Shown here in pieces: positions 36,632 to 48,992 of a stretch of 64,000 nt of DNA (the stretch's first letter is position 1; every line of letters begins with the position of its first letter). The DNA comes from Squalus acanthias. Its lineage: Eukaryota. The position numbers were made by a program, and so were the translations under genes. The stretch covers positions 4,216,001 to 4,280,000 of the forward strand of contig CM059432.1 in the NCBI GenBank assembly GCA_030390025.1, written 5' to 3'. The notes below the pieces were generated by a model. That model was not told the origin of the DNA, ran no database searches, and worked only from the letters and a program-made list of their open reading frames with translations.

Positions 36632-37041
36632 TTCTTCTTCTTAGGCAGTCCCTCGGAACCGAGGATGACTTGCTTCCACACTAAAAATGAGTTCTCAGGT
36701 GACTGATGAGTCCAATGCGGGACCTACAGTCTCTGTCACAGGTGGGGCAGACGGTGGTTGAAGGGGCGGGTGGGTGGGGTGCTTGGGTTGACGTGCGCTC
36801 CTTCCGCTGTTTGCGCTTGGCTTCCACTTGCTCCCGGCGAAGAGACTCGAGGTGTTCGGCGCCTTCCCGGATGCTTCTCCTCCACTTTGTGCGGTCTTGG
36901 GCCAGGGATTCCCAGGTGTCAGTGGGGATGCTGCGCTTTTTCAAGGAGGCTTTGAGGGTGTCCTTGAAGCGTTTCCTCTGCCCACCTGGGGCTCTCTTGC
37001 TGTGTCGGAGCTCCGAGTAGAGCGCTTGTTTTGGGAGTCTC
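36632..37041 (-). mobile_element. RTE-clade LINE 3' end, inverted relative to 35871-36306
   Basis: ORF 36681-37046 is nearly the same peptide. Tail reads (CTT)n on the + strand. Confidence 0.9.
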
Positions 37042-37883
37042 ATCATCTACGTTCCCTGAAACTGTTGAATATATTGCAGCAGAGAATTATACTAGAACGA
37101 TGGGGCCCTGCTGTAAGGCCTGAATACCAGCTACTAACTAATCTGCTCCATTTTGATGAATAATCAGGCTGCAGCTCACCTGACAATTCATTCTTGGACT
37201 GTCTGCTAGTGTTAAAAGCTCTATTTAATAAGACACAAATGGAGTGCTCAGGCAGTGCTTGGATCATTCATTTGCAGAGTGGTAGCGTTTTGTTATACAG
37301 TTTAAGTGAACCCTGAAAGCATTAGCACCAACTAATTGGTTTGATTTGATATGTACAATGGACTCTCGATTGCCTAAGACTTCATCTTTAGATCTCCATG
37401 TCCTCCCAAAATGGCTATTTAACCAGACGCACTTGTAATATTCAATCAAGCATGGGAACTTTCCTCTTGCAGATCCTTCAACTCGGACAAAAGTGTTCTA
37501 TCATCGCCTTAAATATCATTCCCCCACCCTCGCCTTGCTCTGCTGCCTGTCACTTACCCTGTGGTTTAACAATGTCAAGTTCCCATCTTTATGCAGAGAG
37601 GAGGTCAAAGAATTCAAGTTGAGTTGTAGCCCTGCAGAAGTTACAAACCCCATCATTGCTGTCTTCAACAAGGGGAAGCTGGATAGGCACATGAGGGAGA
37701 AAGGAACAGAATGAGAGGATGAGATGAAAAGGAGTGGGAGGAGGCTTGTGTGGAGCATAAACACCAGTGTAGATCTCCCCTTTCAGCATTCCAAAAGGAC
37801 CGCTCCCCTCCGCGACACCCTGGTCCACTCCTCAATCACCCCCAACAGCCCTTCCCCTTCGCCCGGCACCTTCCCGTGCAAGC

Positions 37884-40648
37884 AGGGTATTTGACAATTC
37901 AGAAGGATAGAAAGAAAGGAAAGGGAGGTGGGGTGGCTTTGTTGGGAAAGGATGGGATCAGTGCAGTGGTGAGAAGTGATATTGGCTTACAAGATCAAGA
38001 TGTAGAATCGGTTTGGGTGGAGATAAAAAATAATATGGGGAAAAAGTCTCTGGTGGACGTAGTCTACAGGCCCCCGAACAGTAGCAATGCTGTTGGACAG
38101 AGTATAAATCAACAAATAATGGAGGACTGTAAAAAATGTACGGTAATAATCATGGGTGATTTTAATCTCCATATTGATTGGACAAATCAAATTGGCCATG
38201 GTAGCCTTGAGGAGGAGTTCATAGAGTGCATCCGGGATCGTTTCCTAGAACAGTATGTAATGGAACCAACCAGGGAGCAGGCTATCTGGGATCTGGTACT
38301 GTGTAATGAGACAGAATTAATAAATGATCTCATAGTAAAGGAGCCTCTAGGAAAGAGTGATCATAGCATGGTTGAATTTCAAATTCAGTTGGAGGGTGAG
38401 AAAGTTGTATCCCAAACCAGTGTCCTGATCTTAAACAAAGGCAATTATAATGGCATGAGGGCAGAACTGGCTAAAGTGAACCGGAAAAATAAATTAGAGG
38501 GTAAGAAAGTTGAAATGCAGTGGCGGACATTTAAGGAGATATTTCATAACTCTCAACAAAAATATATTCCAGTGAGAAAGAAAGATTTTAAGAGAAGGGA
38601 GCACCATCCGTGGCTAACTAAGGAAGTAAAGGATGGTATCAAATTGAAAACAAAGGCATACAATGTTGCCAAGATTGGTGGGAGACCAGAGGATTGGGAA
38701 ATTTTTAAAAACCAGCAAAAGATGACTAAAAAAATAATAAAGAGAGAGAAGATGAATTATGAGAGTAAACTGGCAAGAAACATTAAAACAGATAGTAAGA
38801 GCTTCTACAGGTATATAAAAAGGAAGAGGGTTGCTAAAGTAAACGTTGGTCCCTCAGAGGATGAGACTGGGGAATTAATAATGGGGAACGGGGAAATGGC
38901 AGAAACTCTGAACAAATATTTTGTATCTGTCTTCATGGTAGAAGACACTAACAACATCCCAATAATGGATAATCAAGGGGCCACAGGGAGGGGGGAACTA
39001 AAAACAATCATTATCACTAAGGAAATAGTACTTGGTAAAATAATGGGACTAAAAGATAACAAGTCCCCTGGACCAGATGGCCTGCATCCCAGGTTCTTAA
39101 AAGAAGTGGCTGCAGAGATAGTGGATGCATTGGTTACAATATACCAAAATTCCCAGGACTCTGGAGAGGTCCCAGCAGATTGGAAAACCACAAATGTAAC
39201 ACCCCTATTTAAGAAAGGAGGGAGACAGAAAGCAGGAAACTATAGACCAGTTAGCCTAACATCTGTCGTTGGGAAAATGCTGGAGTCCTTCATTAAGGAA
39301 GCAGTAGCAGGGCATTTGGAAAATCATAATGCAGTCAAGCAGAGTCAGCATGGTTTTATGAAAGGGAAGTTATGTTTAACAAATTTGCTGGAGTTCTTTG
39401 AGGATGTAACAAGCAGGGTGGACAAGGGTGAGCCAGTGGATGTGGTGTATTTGGATTTCCAGAAGGCATTCGATAAGGTGCCACATGAAAGGTTACTGCA
39501 TAAGATAAGAGCTCACGGAGTTGGGGGTAATATATTAGCATGGATAGAGAATTGGCTAACTAACAGAAAGCAGAGAGTCGGGATAAATGGGTAATTTTCC
39601 GGTTGGCAAACAGTAACTAGTGGGGTGCCACAAGGATCGGTGCTGGGGCCCCAACTATTTACAATCTACATTAATGACTTGGATGAAGGGATCGAGTGTA
39701 ATGTAGCCAAGTTTGCGGATGATACAAAGATGGGTTGGAAAGCAAGTTGTGCAGAGGACTCAAAGAACCTGCAAAGGGATATAGACAGGCTAAGTGAGTG
39801 GGCAAACATTTGGCAGATGGAGTATAATGTGGGAAAGTGTGAGGTTATACACTTTGGCACGAAAAATAAAAAAAGCAAATTATTATTTAAATGGAGAGAG
39901 ATTACAAAATGCTACAGTTCAGAGGGACCTGGGTGTCCTTGTGCATGAAACACAAAAAGTTAGCATGCAGGTACAGCAAGTAATCAAAAAGGCAAATGGA
40001 ATGTTGGCCTTTATTTCAAAGGGGTTGGAGTATAAAAGCAGGGAAGTCCTGCTACAACTGTACAAGGTATTGGTGAGACCACACCTTGAGTACTGCGTAC
40101 AGTTTTGGTCACGTTATTTAAGGAAGGATATACTTGCATTGGAGGCAGTTCAGAGACGATTCACTAGGTTAATTCCAGAGATGAGGGGATTGACTTATGA
40201 GGAAAGGTTGAGCAGGCTGGGCCTATACTCATTGGAATTTAGAAGAATGAGAGGTGATCTTATTGAAACATATAAGATACTGAGGGGGCTCGACAAGGTA
40301 GATGCAGAGAGGGTGTTTCCCCTCGTGGGGAAATCTAGAACGCGGGGGGCACAGTTTTAGAATAAAGGGTCGCCCTTTTAGAACTGAGATGAGGAGGAAT
40401 TTCTTCTCTCAGAGGGTCGTAAATCTGTGGAATTCTCTGCCCCAGAGAGCTGTGGAGGCTGGGTCATTAAATACATTTAAGGTGGAGATAGACAGATTTT
40501 TGCAAGATAAGGGAATGAAGGGTTATGGGGAGCGGGCGGGGAAGTGGCTTTGAGCCCAAGATCAGCCATGATCTTATTGAATGACGGAGCAGGCTTGAGG
40601 GGCCAAGTGGCCTAATCCTGCTCCTATTTCTTATGTTCTTATGTTCTT
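37884..40648 (+). mobile_element. CR1 LINE ORF2 (partial APE + RT), 5'-truncated
   Basis: Long open frame to 39594 (GGGVA, YRPP, MGDFN, SDH, RT), then a stop and a frameshift. (TTATGTTC)n tail. AAGC on both flanks. Confidence 0.95.
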
Positions 40649-41229
40649 AAGCGCAGGAGAGGCAATGCCTGCCCTTTTACCACCTCCCTTCCCACTGTCC
40701 AGGGCCCCAAACACCCCTTTCAGGTGAAACAGCGAATTACTTGTACTTCTTGCAATTTAGTATACTGTATTCGCTGCTCACGATGGGGTCTCCTCTACAC
40801 TGGGGAGACCAAACGCAGATTGGGTGACCGCTTTGCGGAATACCTCCGTTCAGTCCGTAAGGGTGACCCTGAGCTTCCGGTCGCCTGTCACTTTAATTCT
40901 CCGCTTCACTCCCACTCTGACCTCTCTGTCCTCGGCCTCTTACACTGTTCCATAGATGTTCAACGTAAGCTCGAGGAACAGCATCTCATCTTTCGATTAG
41001 GCACTTTACAGCCTTCTGGACTCAACATCGAGTTCAACAATTTCAGACTATAACCCCTGCCCCCTTTTTTCAGCTGGCAGCTGTTGATTATTCTGCCATC
41101 CTCGTTTGAAACGTTTAATCTCCCCTGTCTTCCACCCTATCACAGACCTTCCCTTTAGTTCCTTCCTCCCCTCCCCCCTTTCCCTGCCTCTGCACCTGCT
41201 TAATACCTGTTACATCCCTAACTTTTTCC

Positions 41230-41266
41230 AGTCCTGACGAAGGGTCCCAGACCTGAAACGTTGACT
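41230..41266 (+). ncRNA. Minimal hammerhead ribozyme motif in the Penelope family A terminal repeat
   Basis: AGUC-CUGACGA-A-GGGUC-CCA-GACCU-GAAAC-GUU-GACU. Related copies at about 1752-1784 (-), 5140-5176 (-) and split copies at 61502-63613 and 29363-30206. Confidence 0.72.
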
Positions 41267-42111
41267 CGGTTTCTCTCTCCGCGGAAGCTGCCTGGCGTGC
41301 TGAGTGTTTCCAGCATTTTCTGTTGTTTTTTCAGATTTCCAGCATCCGCAGTATTTTACTATTGCACCAGCATAGACCTGTTGGGCTGAACGGCCTATTT
41401 TTTAAATTCGTTCATGGGATGTGGGCGTCGCTGGCAAGGCCGGCATTTATTGCCCATCCCTAATTGCCCTCGAGAAGGTGGTGGTGAGCCGCCTTCTTGA
41501 ACCGCTGCAGTCCGTGTGGTGAAGGTGCTCCCACAGTACTGTTAGGGAGGGAGTTCCAGGATTTTGACCCAGCGACGATGAAGGAACGGCCGATATATTT
41601 CCAAGTCAGGATGGTGTGTGACTTGGAGGGGAACTTGGAGGTGGTGGTGTTCCCATGCGCCTGCTGCCCCTGTCCTTCTAGGTGGAAGAGGTGGCGGGTT
41701 TGGAAGGTGTTGTCGAAGAAGCCTTGGCAAGTTGCTGCAGTGCATCTTGTAGATGGTACACACTGCGGCCACGGTGTGCCGGTGGTGGAGGGAGTGAATG
41801 TTTAAGGTGGTGGATGGGATGCCAATCAAGCGGGCTGCTTTGTCCTGGATGGTGTTGAGCTTCTTCAGTGTTGTTGGAGCTTTACTTATCCAGGCAAGTG
41901 GAGAGTATTCCATCACACTCCTGACTTGTGCCTTGTAGATGGTGGAAAGGCTTTGGGGCGTCAGGAGGTGAGACACTCGCTGCAGAATACCCAGCCTCTG
42001 ACCTGCTCTTGTAGCTACAGTATTTATGTGGCTGGTCCAGTTAAGTTTCTGGTCAATGGTGACCCCCCCAGGATGCTGATGGTGGGGTGATGGTAATGCT
42101 GTTGAATCATA

Positions 42112-43005
42112 GGGGGAGAAATTCAGTATCGCCCCATTTGGGGCGCAATTATCGGCCGGGCGCAAAGATTAGCGCCTGGCGCTAATTATCGCCACCGACT
42201 GCAAACTTGACTTTTATCGCCCCTGGAGGTGATTGGAGCGCTAAATCAGGCGCTTCACACCTGTCTTAAGGCGCAAAGGCCGAGGAGCGAGGCGCTGCCT
42301 CAGAGTGCTGGTGAAGCTCATGTGATGTCAGTCAGCAATGGAACACACACACAATGGCGCGGGCCAGTTCTTAAAGGGGAGGGTTGATCTTGCTTTCCAT
42401 CCACATCCTGCTCATTGCAGCCTTGAATCTCGGCCTGGAGAGACCTGCACATCAAATCTGCTGGAAAGAACAATGGAGAGTACCAGGCAAAGAGCTCAGA
42501 GTGCAGCCCCCACAGTCTCTTCTAAATCGTTACAAGGAAGGGCAAATCAAAATGAACCTGCAAAGTGCTGCTCAGTACCCAAAACTCCTTCACACAGCGT
42601 TGAATCTCTCCAGAAGTCTCTCTCTCTCTCTCTCTCAGAATGCATGGTTCAAAAATGTCACCAACAATAAAAGGCAGGAAGTGTTTGCCTTTAAATAGCG
42701 CTCCCCAGTCCCTTCCTGACGGCAAAACGCTCCCCTCAACCTGTCGTTGCTAGCGGCAGGCGGTAAGGCAGGGGGCGCCACTCAATATCCACTCCGGGGC
42801 GCTACCGGGGCGTTGCGCACTCGACTGACGTCACGATCTGCCGGCGCAGGAGATTGTGGCGGTAGTGTTTAGTGCCGCCGCAAAATGTCTAGTTAATATC
42901 GCGAGCGCCGCAAACATCGCCGCGCCCGGGTGCTAGTTGCTTTGCGCCCCATTAGCGCCCTCTTAAGGCGCTAACGGGAGGCGCAACCAACTGAATTTTT
43001 CCCCC
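42112..43005. mobile_element. Harbinger MITE related to 48634-52588
   Basis: TIRs GGGGGAGAAATTCAG / CTGAATTTTTCCCCC with flanks ATA / GTA. Sits in a CR1 (ATAGAATC)n tail. Left subterminal region resembles 48634-48900. Confidence 0.85.
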
Positions 43006-43006
43006 G

Positions 43007-43725
43007 TAGAATCATAGAATGGTTACAGCACAGAAGGAGGCCGTTCGGCCTGTCGAGCCCGTGCCGGCTCTCTGCAAGAGCACTTCAGCTCGTCCCACTC
43101 CCCCGCCCTTTCCTCGTAGCCCTGCAATTTATTTCATTCAGGTATTTATCCAATTCCCTTTTGAAAGCCACTTTTCTGCACCCTCTGTATGGTCTTCACA
43201 TCCTTCCTAAAGTGCGGCGCCCAGAATTGGACACAATACTCCAGTTGAGGCTGAACCAGTGTTTTTTAAAGGTTCATCATAACTTCTTTGCTTTTGTACT
43301 CTATGCTCTATTTATGAAGCCCAGTATTCCATATGCTTTTTAACCACTTTCTCAACCTGCCCTGCCACCTTCAATGATTTGTGCACATATACCCCCAGGT
43401 CTCTCTGTTCCTGCACCCCCTTTAGGATTGTACCCTTTAGTTTATATTGCCTCTCCTCGTTCTTCCTACCAAAATGTATCACTTCGCACTTTTCTGCGTT
43501 AAATTTCTTCTGCCACGTGTCCGCCCATTCCACCAGCCTGTCCATGTCCTCTTGAAGTCTATCACTATCCTCCTCACTGTTCACTATACTTCCAAGTTTT
43601 GTGTCATCTGCAAATTTTGAAATTGTGTCCTGTACACCCAAGTCATGTCATTAATATATACCAAGAAAAGCAGTTGTCCTAGTACCGTACCCTGGGGAGC
43701 ACCACTGTATACCTTCCTCCAGTCC
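43007..43725 (-). mobile_element. CR1 fragment with an internal deletion
   Basis: ORF 43312-43641 (KFADDTKLG). Jumps to the 3' UTR near 43170. Confidence 0.85.
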
Positions 43726-43807
43726 GGGGCAGTGGTTCGACTCTCGCTTGTTGGAGATCGTCATTACCTGGCACTTGTGTGGCGCGAATGTTATTTGCCA
43801 CTTATCA

Positions 43808-46042
43808 GGAGGAGCATGGAAAGTGCAGGGGTGAAATTAAAAAGGAAATTAGGAAAGCAAAGAGAAGCATGAAAAAATATTGGCAAGTAAAATCAAGGAA
43901 AACCCAAAGATGTTTCATAAATACATTAAGAGCAGGAGGATAACTAAAGTAAGAGTAGGGCCTATTAGGGACCATAAAGGTAACCTGTGCGTGGAGGCGG
44001 AAGACATGGGTATAGTTCTTAATGAATACTTTGCGTCTGTTTTCACAAAGGAGAGGGACGATGCAGATATTGCAATCAGGGAGGAGGAGTACAAAATAGT
44101 TGATGAAATAAACATAGTGAGAGAGGAAGTATTAAGGGGTTTAAGTCCAAAAATGTGCGGGTTAGGTTGATTTGGCTATGATAAATTGACCCTTCGTGTT
44201 AGGGGGGAATTAAATATGTGGGGTTACGGGGATAGGATAGGAAGGGATATGTAAGGGGGAATTAAATACGTGGGGTTACGGGGATAGGGTGGGATATGTG
44301 TCGGTGCAGGCTCGATGGGGATTCTGTGTGAGAAAGCAGGGACAGGGTACTGGATTTGGATGATCAGCCATGATCGTATTGAATGGTGGAGCAGGCTCGA
44401 CGGGCCGAATGGCCTACTCCTGCTCCTAGTTTCTATGTTTCTATGTTTCTATGTTTAGCAGCTTTGAAAGTGGATAAATCCCTAGGCCCGGATGAAATGT
44501 ATCCCAGACTGTTAAGAGAAGTAAGAGAGGAAATAGCAGAGGCTCTGACCATCATTTTCCAATCCTCTCTGGCTACAGGTGTGGTGCCAGAGGACTGGAG
44601 GACTGCTAACGTGGTATCATTGTTTAAAAGGGAGAAAGGGATAGACTGAGTAATTACAGGCCAGTCAGCCTAACCTCGGTGGTGGGAAAATTATTGGAAA
44701 AAATTCTGAGGGACAGGATAAATCTTCATTTAGAAAGACACGGATTAATCAGGGACAGTCAGCATGGATTTGTTAAGGGAAGGTCGTATCTGACTAAATT
44801 GATTGAATTTTTTGAAGAGATAACAAGGAAGGTCGATGAGGGCAGTGCGTTTGATGTAGTCTATATGGATTTTAGCAAGGCTTTTGATAAGGTCCCGCAT
44901 GGCAAACTGGTCACGAAAGTAAAAGCCCATGGGATGCAAGGCAAAGTGGCAAGTTGGATCCAAAATTGGTTCAGAGGCAGGAAACAAAGGGTAATGGTCG
45001 AAAGGTGTTTTTGTGACTGGAAGGCTGTTTCCAGTGGGGTTCCACAGGGCTCAGTACTGGGTCCTTGGCTTTTTGTGGTATATATCAATGATTTGGACTT
45101 GAATGTAGGAAGTATGATTAAGAAGTTTGCAGATGATACAAAAATTGGCCGTGTGGTTGATAATGAAGAAGAAAGCTGTAGACTGCAGGAAGATATCGAT
45201 GGACTGGTCAGGTGGGCAGAACAGTGGCAAATGGAATTCAATCCGGAGAAGTATGAGGTAATGCTTTTGGGGAGGGCTACAATATACAATAAATGGTAGG
45301 ACACTGAGCAGTGCAGAAGATCAGACGGACCTTGGAGTGCATGTCCACAGATCCCTGAAGGTAGCAGGACAGGTAGATAAGGTGGTTAAGAAGGTATACG
45401 GGATACTTGCCTTTATTAGCCGAGGCATAGAATATAAGAGCAGGGAGGTTATGCTTGAACTGTATAAAACGTTAGTTAGGCCACAGCTAGAATACTGCAT
45501 GCAGTTCTGGTCACCACATTACAGGAAGGATGTGATTGCACTAGAGAGGGTGCAGAGGAGATTTATGAGGATGTTGCCTGGGCTGGGGAATTTTAGCTAT
45601 GAGGAAAGATTGGATAGGCTGGGGTTGTTTTCTTTGGAACAGAGGAGGCTGAGGGGAGACCTAATTGAGGTGAATAAAATTATGAGGGGCCTAGATAGAG
45701 TGGACAGGAAGGACCCATTTCCCTTAGCAGAGGGGTCGATAACCAGGGGGCATAGATTTAAAGTAATTTGTAGGAGGTTTAGAGCGGATTTGAGGAGAAA
45801 TGTTTTCACCCAGAGGGTGGTGGGGGTCTGGAACTCACTGCCTGAAAGGGTGGTAGAGGCAGAAACCCTCATCACATTTAAAAAGTACTTGGATATGCAC
45901 TTGAAGAGCCGTAACCTACAGGGCCACGGACCAAGAGCTGGAAAGTGGGATTAGGCTGGAGTGCTCTTTGTCGGCCGGCACGGACAAGATGGACCGAATG
46001 GCCTCCTTCTGTGCTGTAAATTTCTACGATTCTATGATTCTA
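43808..46042 (+). mobile_element. CR1 LINE ORF2 RT fragment with an internal SINE/CR1-tail insert (about 44143-44452)
   Basis: ORFs 43880-44170, 44679-45299 and 45337-45954. The insert resembles the 3' part of the shark HE1-type SINE (from recall) followed by a CR1 tail. Confidence 0.9.
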
Positions 46043-47069
46043 TCAGCCCAAGCCTGAATGTCATCCAGGTCTTGCTACATTCGGGCATGGACTGCTCATT
46101 ATCTGAGCAGTTGTGAATGGAACTGAACACTGTGCAATCATCAGCGAACATTCCCACTTCTGACCTTATGATGGAGGGAAGGTCATTGATTGAAGCAGCT
46201 GAAGATGGTTGGGCCTAGGTCACTGCCCTGAGGAACTCCTGCAGCGATGTCCTGGGGCTGTGATGATTGACCTCCAACAACCACAACCATCTTCCTTTGT
46301 GCTAGGTACCACTCCAGCCACTGGAGAGTTTTCCTCCCGATTCCCATTGACTTCAATTTTACTAGGGCTCCTTGATGCCACACTCAGTCAAATGCTGCCT
46401 TGATGTCAAGGGCAGTCACTCTCCCCTCACCTCTGGAATTCAACTCTTTTGTCCATGTTTGGACCAAGGCTGGAATGAGGTCAGGAGCCGAGTGGTCCTG
46501 GCGGATCATGCTTTGTAATCATTTTCTGTAGGCTTTACTAACCAAATAACCACCAGAGCGGGATAGGAATGATGCAAATATACACTGAGTTGGTGGAGAG
46601 AGCTTTGGACTCATTTCCCACCTCTCTGAGGCAGAATGTGAAAGGTTCAAGGCCCACTCCAAACAACCCCGGTGAGTGGAGACTAGAATACGGTCTCTCA
46701 ATGCTGGGTTGGCATCCAGAGTGAGAGTGACCACTGGCTCAGGAGTAGCATTCCCGCCTCCGAGTCCGATGGGTTGGGTTCGAGCCTCACTCCAAACAGC
46801 TCTGAAGAGAAGAGAGCAGCGCGCCAGCTCTGAATACTGGGTTGGTGTTCAGCCAGGGTGCTTGCGTCCAATGGGCACGAGTGCCCTCCTCTTCATTGTA
46901 AAAGGGTAGATGGGGTTCCTTAACCTTGGTTGCAGCCCACCTTGGAGAAGCCAATAAGATGAAGGGCAGTCGCAGCAGGAAAATTTGAGATAATTTTGCT
47001 TTGTTTCAAATGTCAACAGCAAGAACTCACAGCTCCAGTAGTTACAGTTTAGAGAGCCCTTATATTGTA

Positions 47070-47445
47070 ACAACAGCCTGCATTTATATAGCGCCTTTAA
47101 CATCCCAGGGCACTTCACAGGAGCGTTATCAGACAAACTTTGACACCGAGCCACATAAGGAGAAATAGTACAGGTGACCAAAAGGCTTGGGTGAAGGAAG
47201 TGGGGATGCGCAAGAGGCAAGAACGCAAAGTTCTCGAAAGGTTGTAGGGTTGAAGGAGATTACAGAGATAGTGAGGGGGGGCGAGGGCCATGGAGGGATT
47301 TGAAAACAAGGATGAGAATTTTGAAATCGAGTCTTTACTGGACCGGGAGCCAATGTCGATCAGCGGGCACAGGGGTGATGGGTGAACGGGACTTGGTGCG
47401 AGTTAGGACACGGGCAGCCGAGTTTCAGATGAGTTGAAGTTTATC
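47070..47445 (-). mobile_element. L2 3' end
   Basis: Homologous to 2215-2720. Confidence 0.8.
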
Positions 47446-48992
47446 TTCTGTGCTCATGCCCCAACTTTTGGAAATCCACCCCTTCGTGTAAAAAAAAAAA
47501 TCAAGAACATTCTTCCTCACTTAGTTTATTCTTGCTACCTGTTGTTTAGATCAAGTTAACGGACAGTTTTTCAGTTGTGCATCCACGTCTACTGAAACTG
47601 GGTTAAGACGGCCCAATCGCGTTCCACTTGCAATCTTTAAGACATAACAAGGAAGAGGCATTCAATCGTAACATCTGGCCTGGACTCAAATCCTCAATGC
47701 TGAAAGGGCACTGTTCTGGCCAATCCAACACCCAGTCCACTACACGGTCTAATTAATGAGCTTCACGGATGAAAGTTGTCAATGTAGCCCCTTCCGTAGA
47801 GATTACTATCCACTTCATGCAATTCCAGAGGGCAGTGCCGGATTGTATAGAGCATTTGATCTGAACCGTGAAACCTTTCTTAATGCTTTGTCTATGGATT
47901 CTAATGAGAGGATTTGTTACAGGTTTAGCCATAGATTAGAAAGAAGTCTCGCAGGACCGAACCCGACCCTAGAGTGAAGACGTTGATGCTGGAGGAACAT
48001 TGATTGCTGAGACAAGGAGCCTTGGTCTAATCAAATTAGAGTAATATCAATCCATGACCTTTTCTTTCATTCGCGAATTCATACACGGTTTAATCCCCAA
48101 TTCCCTCTTCGCAGTGGCAAAATGCACTGCTTACAGCATAATTACTTTAAAATCTCATAATATTCATCACACATCATTGTGCACATGGTGATTTTCATTA
48201 CTTACAGTCTAAGGCTTTGGAAAGTTGTAGCAAAGATAACAGTAGGAGGCAACGATACATGTTACAGCAGCAACAATGGTTTGACTCTCCTCCGTGGCTT
48301 AAAGCAAAAACAGTAAGCGCACTAACCTACTCAACTTATGACCTGGGCACTCCCTTTTCTTTTATTCATTCGCGGGATGTGGGCGTCGCTGGCAAGGCCG
48401 GCATTTATCGCCCATCCCTAATTGCCCCTCGAGAAGGTGGTGCTGAGCCGTCTTCTTGAACCGCTGCAGTCCGTGAGGTGAAGGTTTTTTTTCCCTAGCG
48501 GTTTGATCCAACTGAGTGTCTCGCTGGGCCATTTCAGAGGGGCAGTTACGAGTCAACCACATTGCTATGGGTCTGGAGTCACATATAGACCAGACCAGGT
48601 AAGGACGGCAAATTTCCTTCCCTAAAGGGCGTTGGGGGAGAAATTCATTATAGCCCAGAAACGGGCGGTAACTTTTGAAAAGTTTGAGAATTAGCGCCAG
48701 GCGCTAATGCTTCAGACTGCACGCAAAATTCAGTCTCATTGCACAAAGAAGGGATTGGAGCGAGAAATCAAGCGCTAATGGCCGAGCTCAGTGGCGTTAA
48801 ACTCGAAGCGCTGACCAATATCAGGTGCAGTCTAATCACAAGTCATCATTGCAACAGGCTCTTTCCAGTTCTTAAAGGGGAGGTTCATTGATGCTGCAGA
48901 ACCTCATTTTCATAATTGCTGGCTGTGCAGTCGTCTCAGCCAGCAGCAGCAGGTCAAGGAGAAGGAGCCGGACGACTCAAGCAGCCATAATG

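Larger units (their letters stand above)
37772..41360 (+). mobile_element. Penelope-like element 3' part split by a CR1
   Basis: 37772-37883 and 40649-41360 are contiguous in the 5075-6198 copy. ORF 40724-41053 LVYCIRC...LLYTGETKRRLGDRF...EQHLIFRLGTLQPSGLN is a GIY-YIG domain. Confidence 0.9.
41405..46505 (-). mobile_element. LINE-B fragmented by a MITE and two CR1s (parts about 41405-42105, 43725-43807, 46043-46505)
   Basis: The parts are collinear with 53155-54207. TATCAG is repeated on both sides of the 43808-46042 insert. Confidence 0.82.

Noticed and set aside
37170..37215. Minus-strand micro-exon candidate ending CAG|GTGAG
   Set aside because: Weak acceptor, too short to judge, and no partner exons.
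37750..39594. 614-aa ORF as a host gene or intact LINE
   Set aside because: Chance fusion of Penelope sequence with a 5'-truncated CR1 ORF2. It stops inside the RT domain.
47756..47977. 73-aa ORF in unique sequence
   Set aside because: No recognisable domain and no convincing splice sites.
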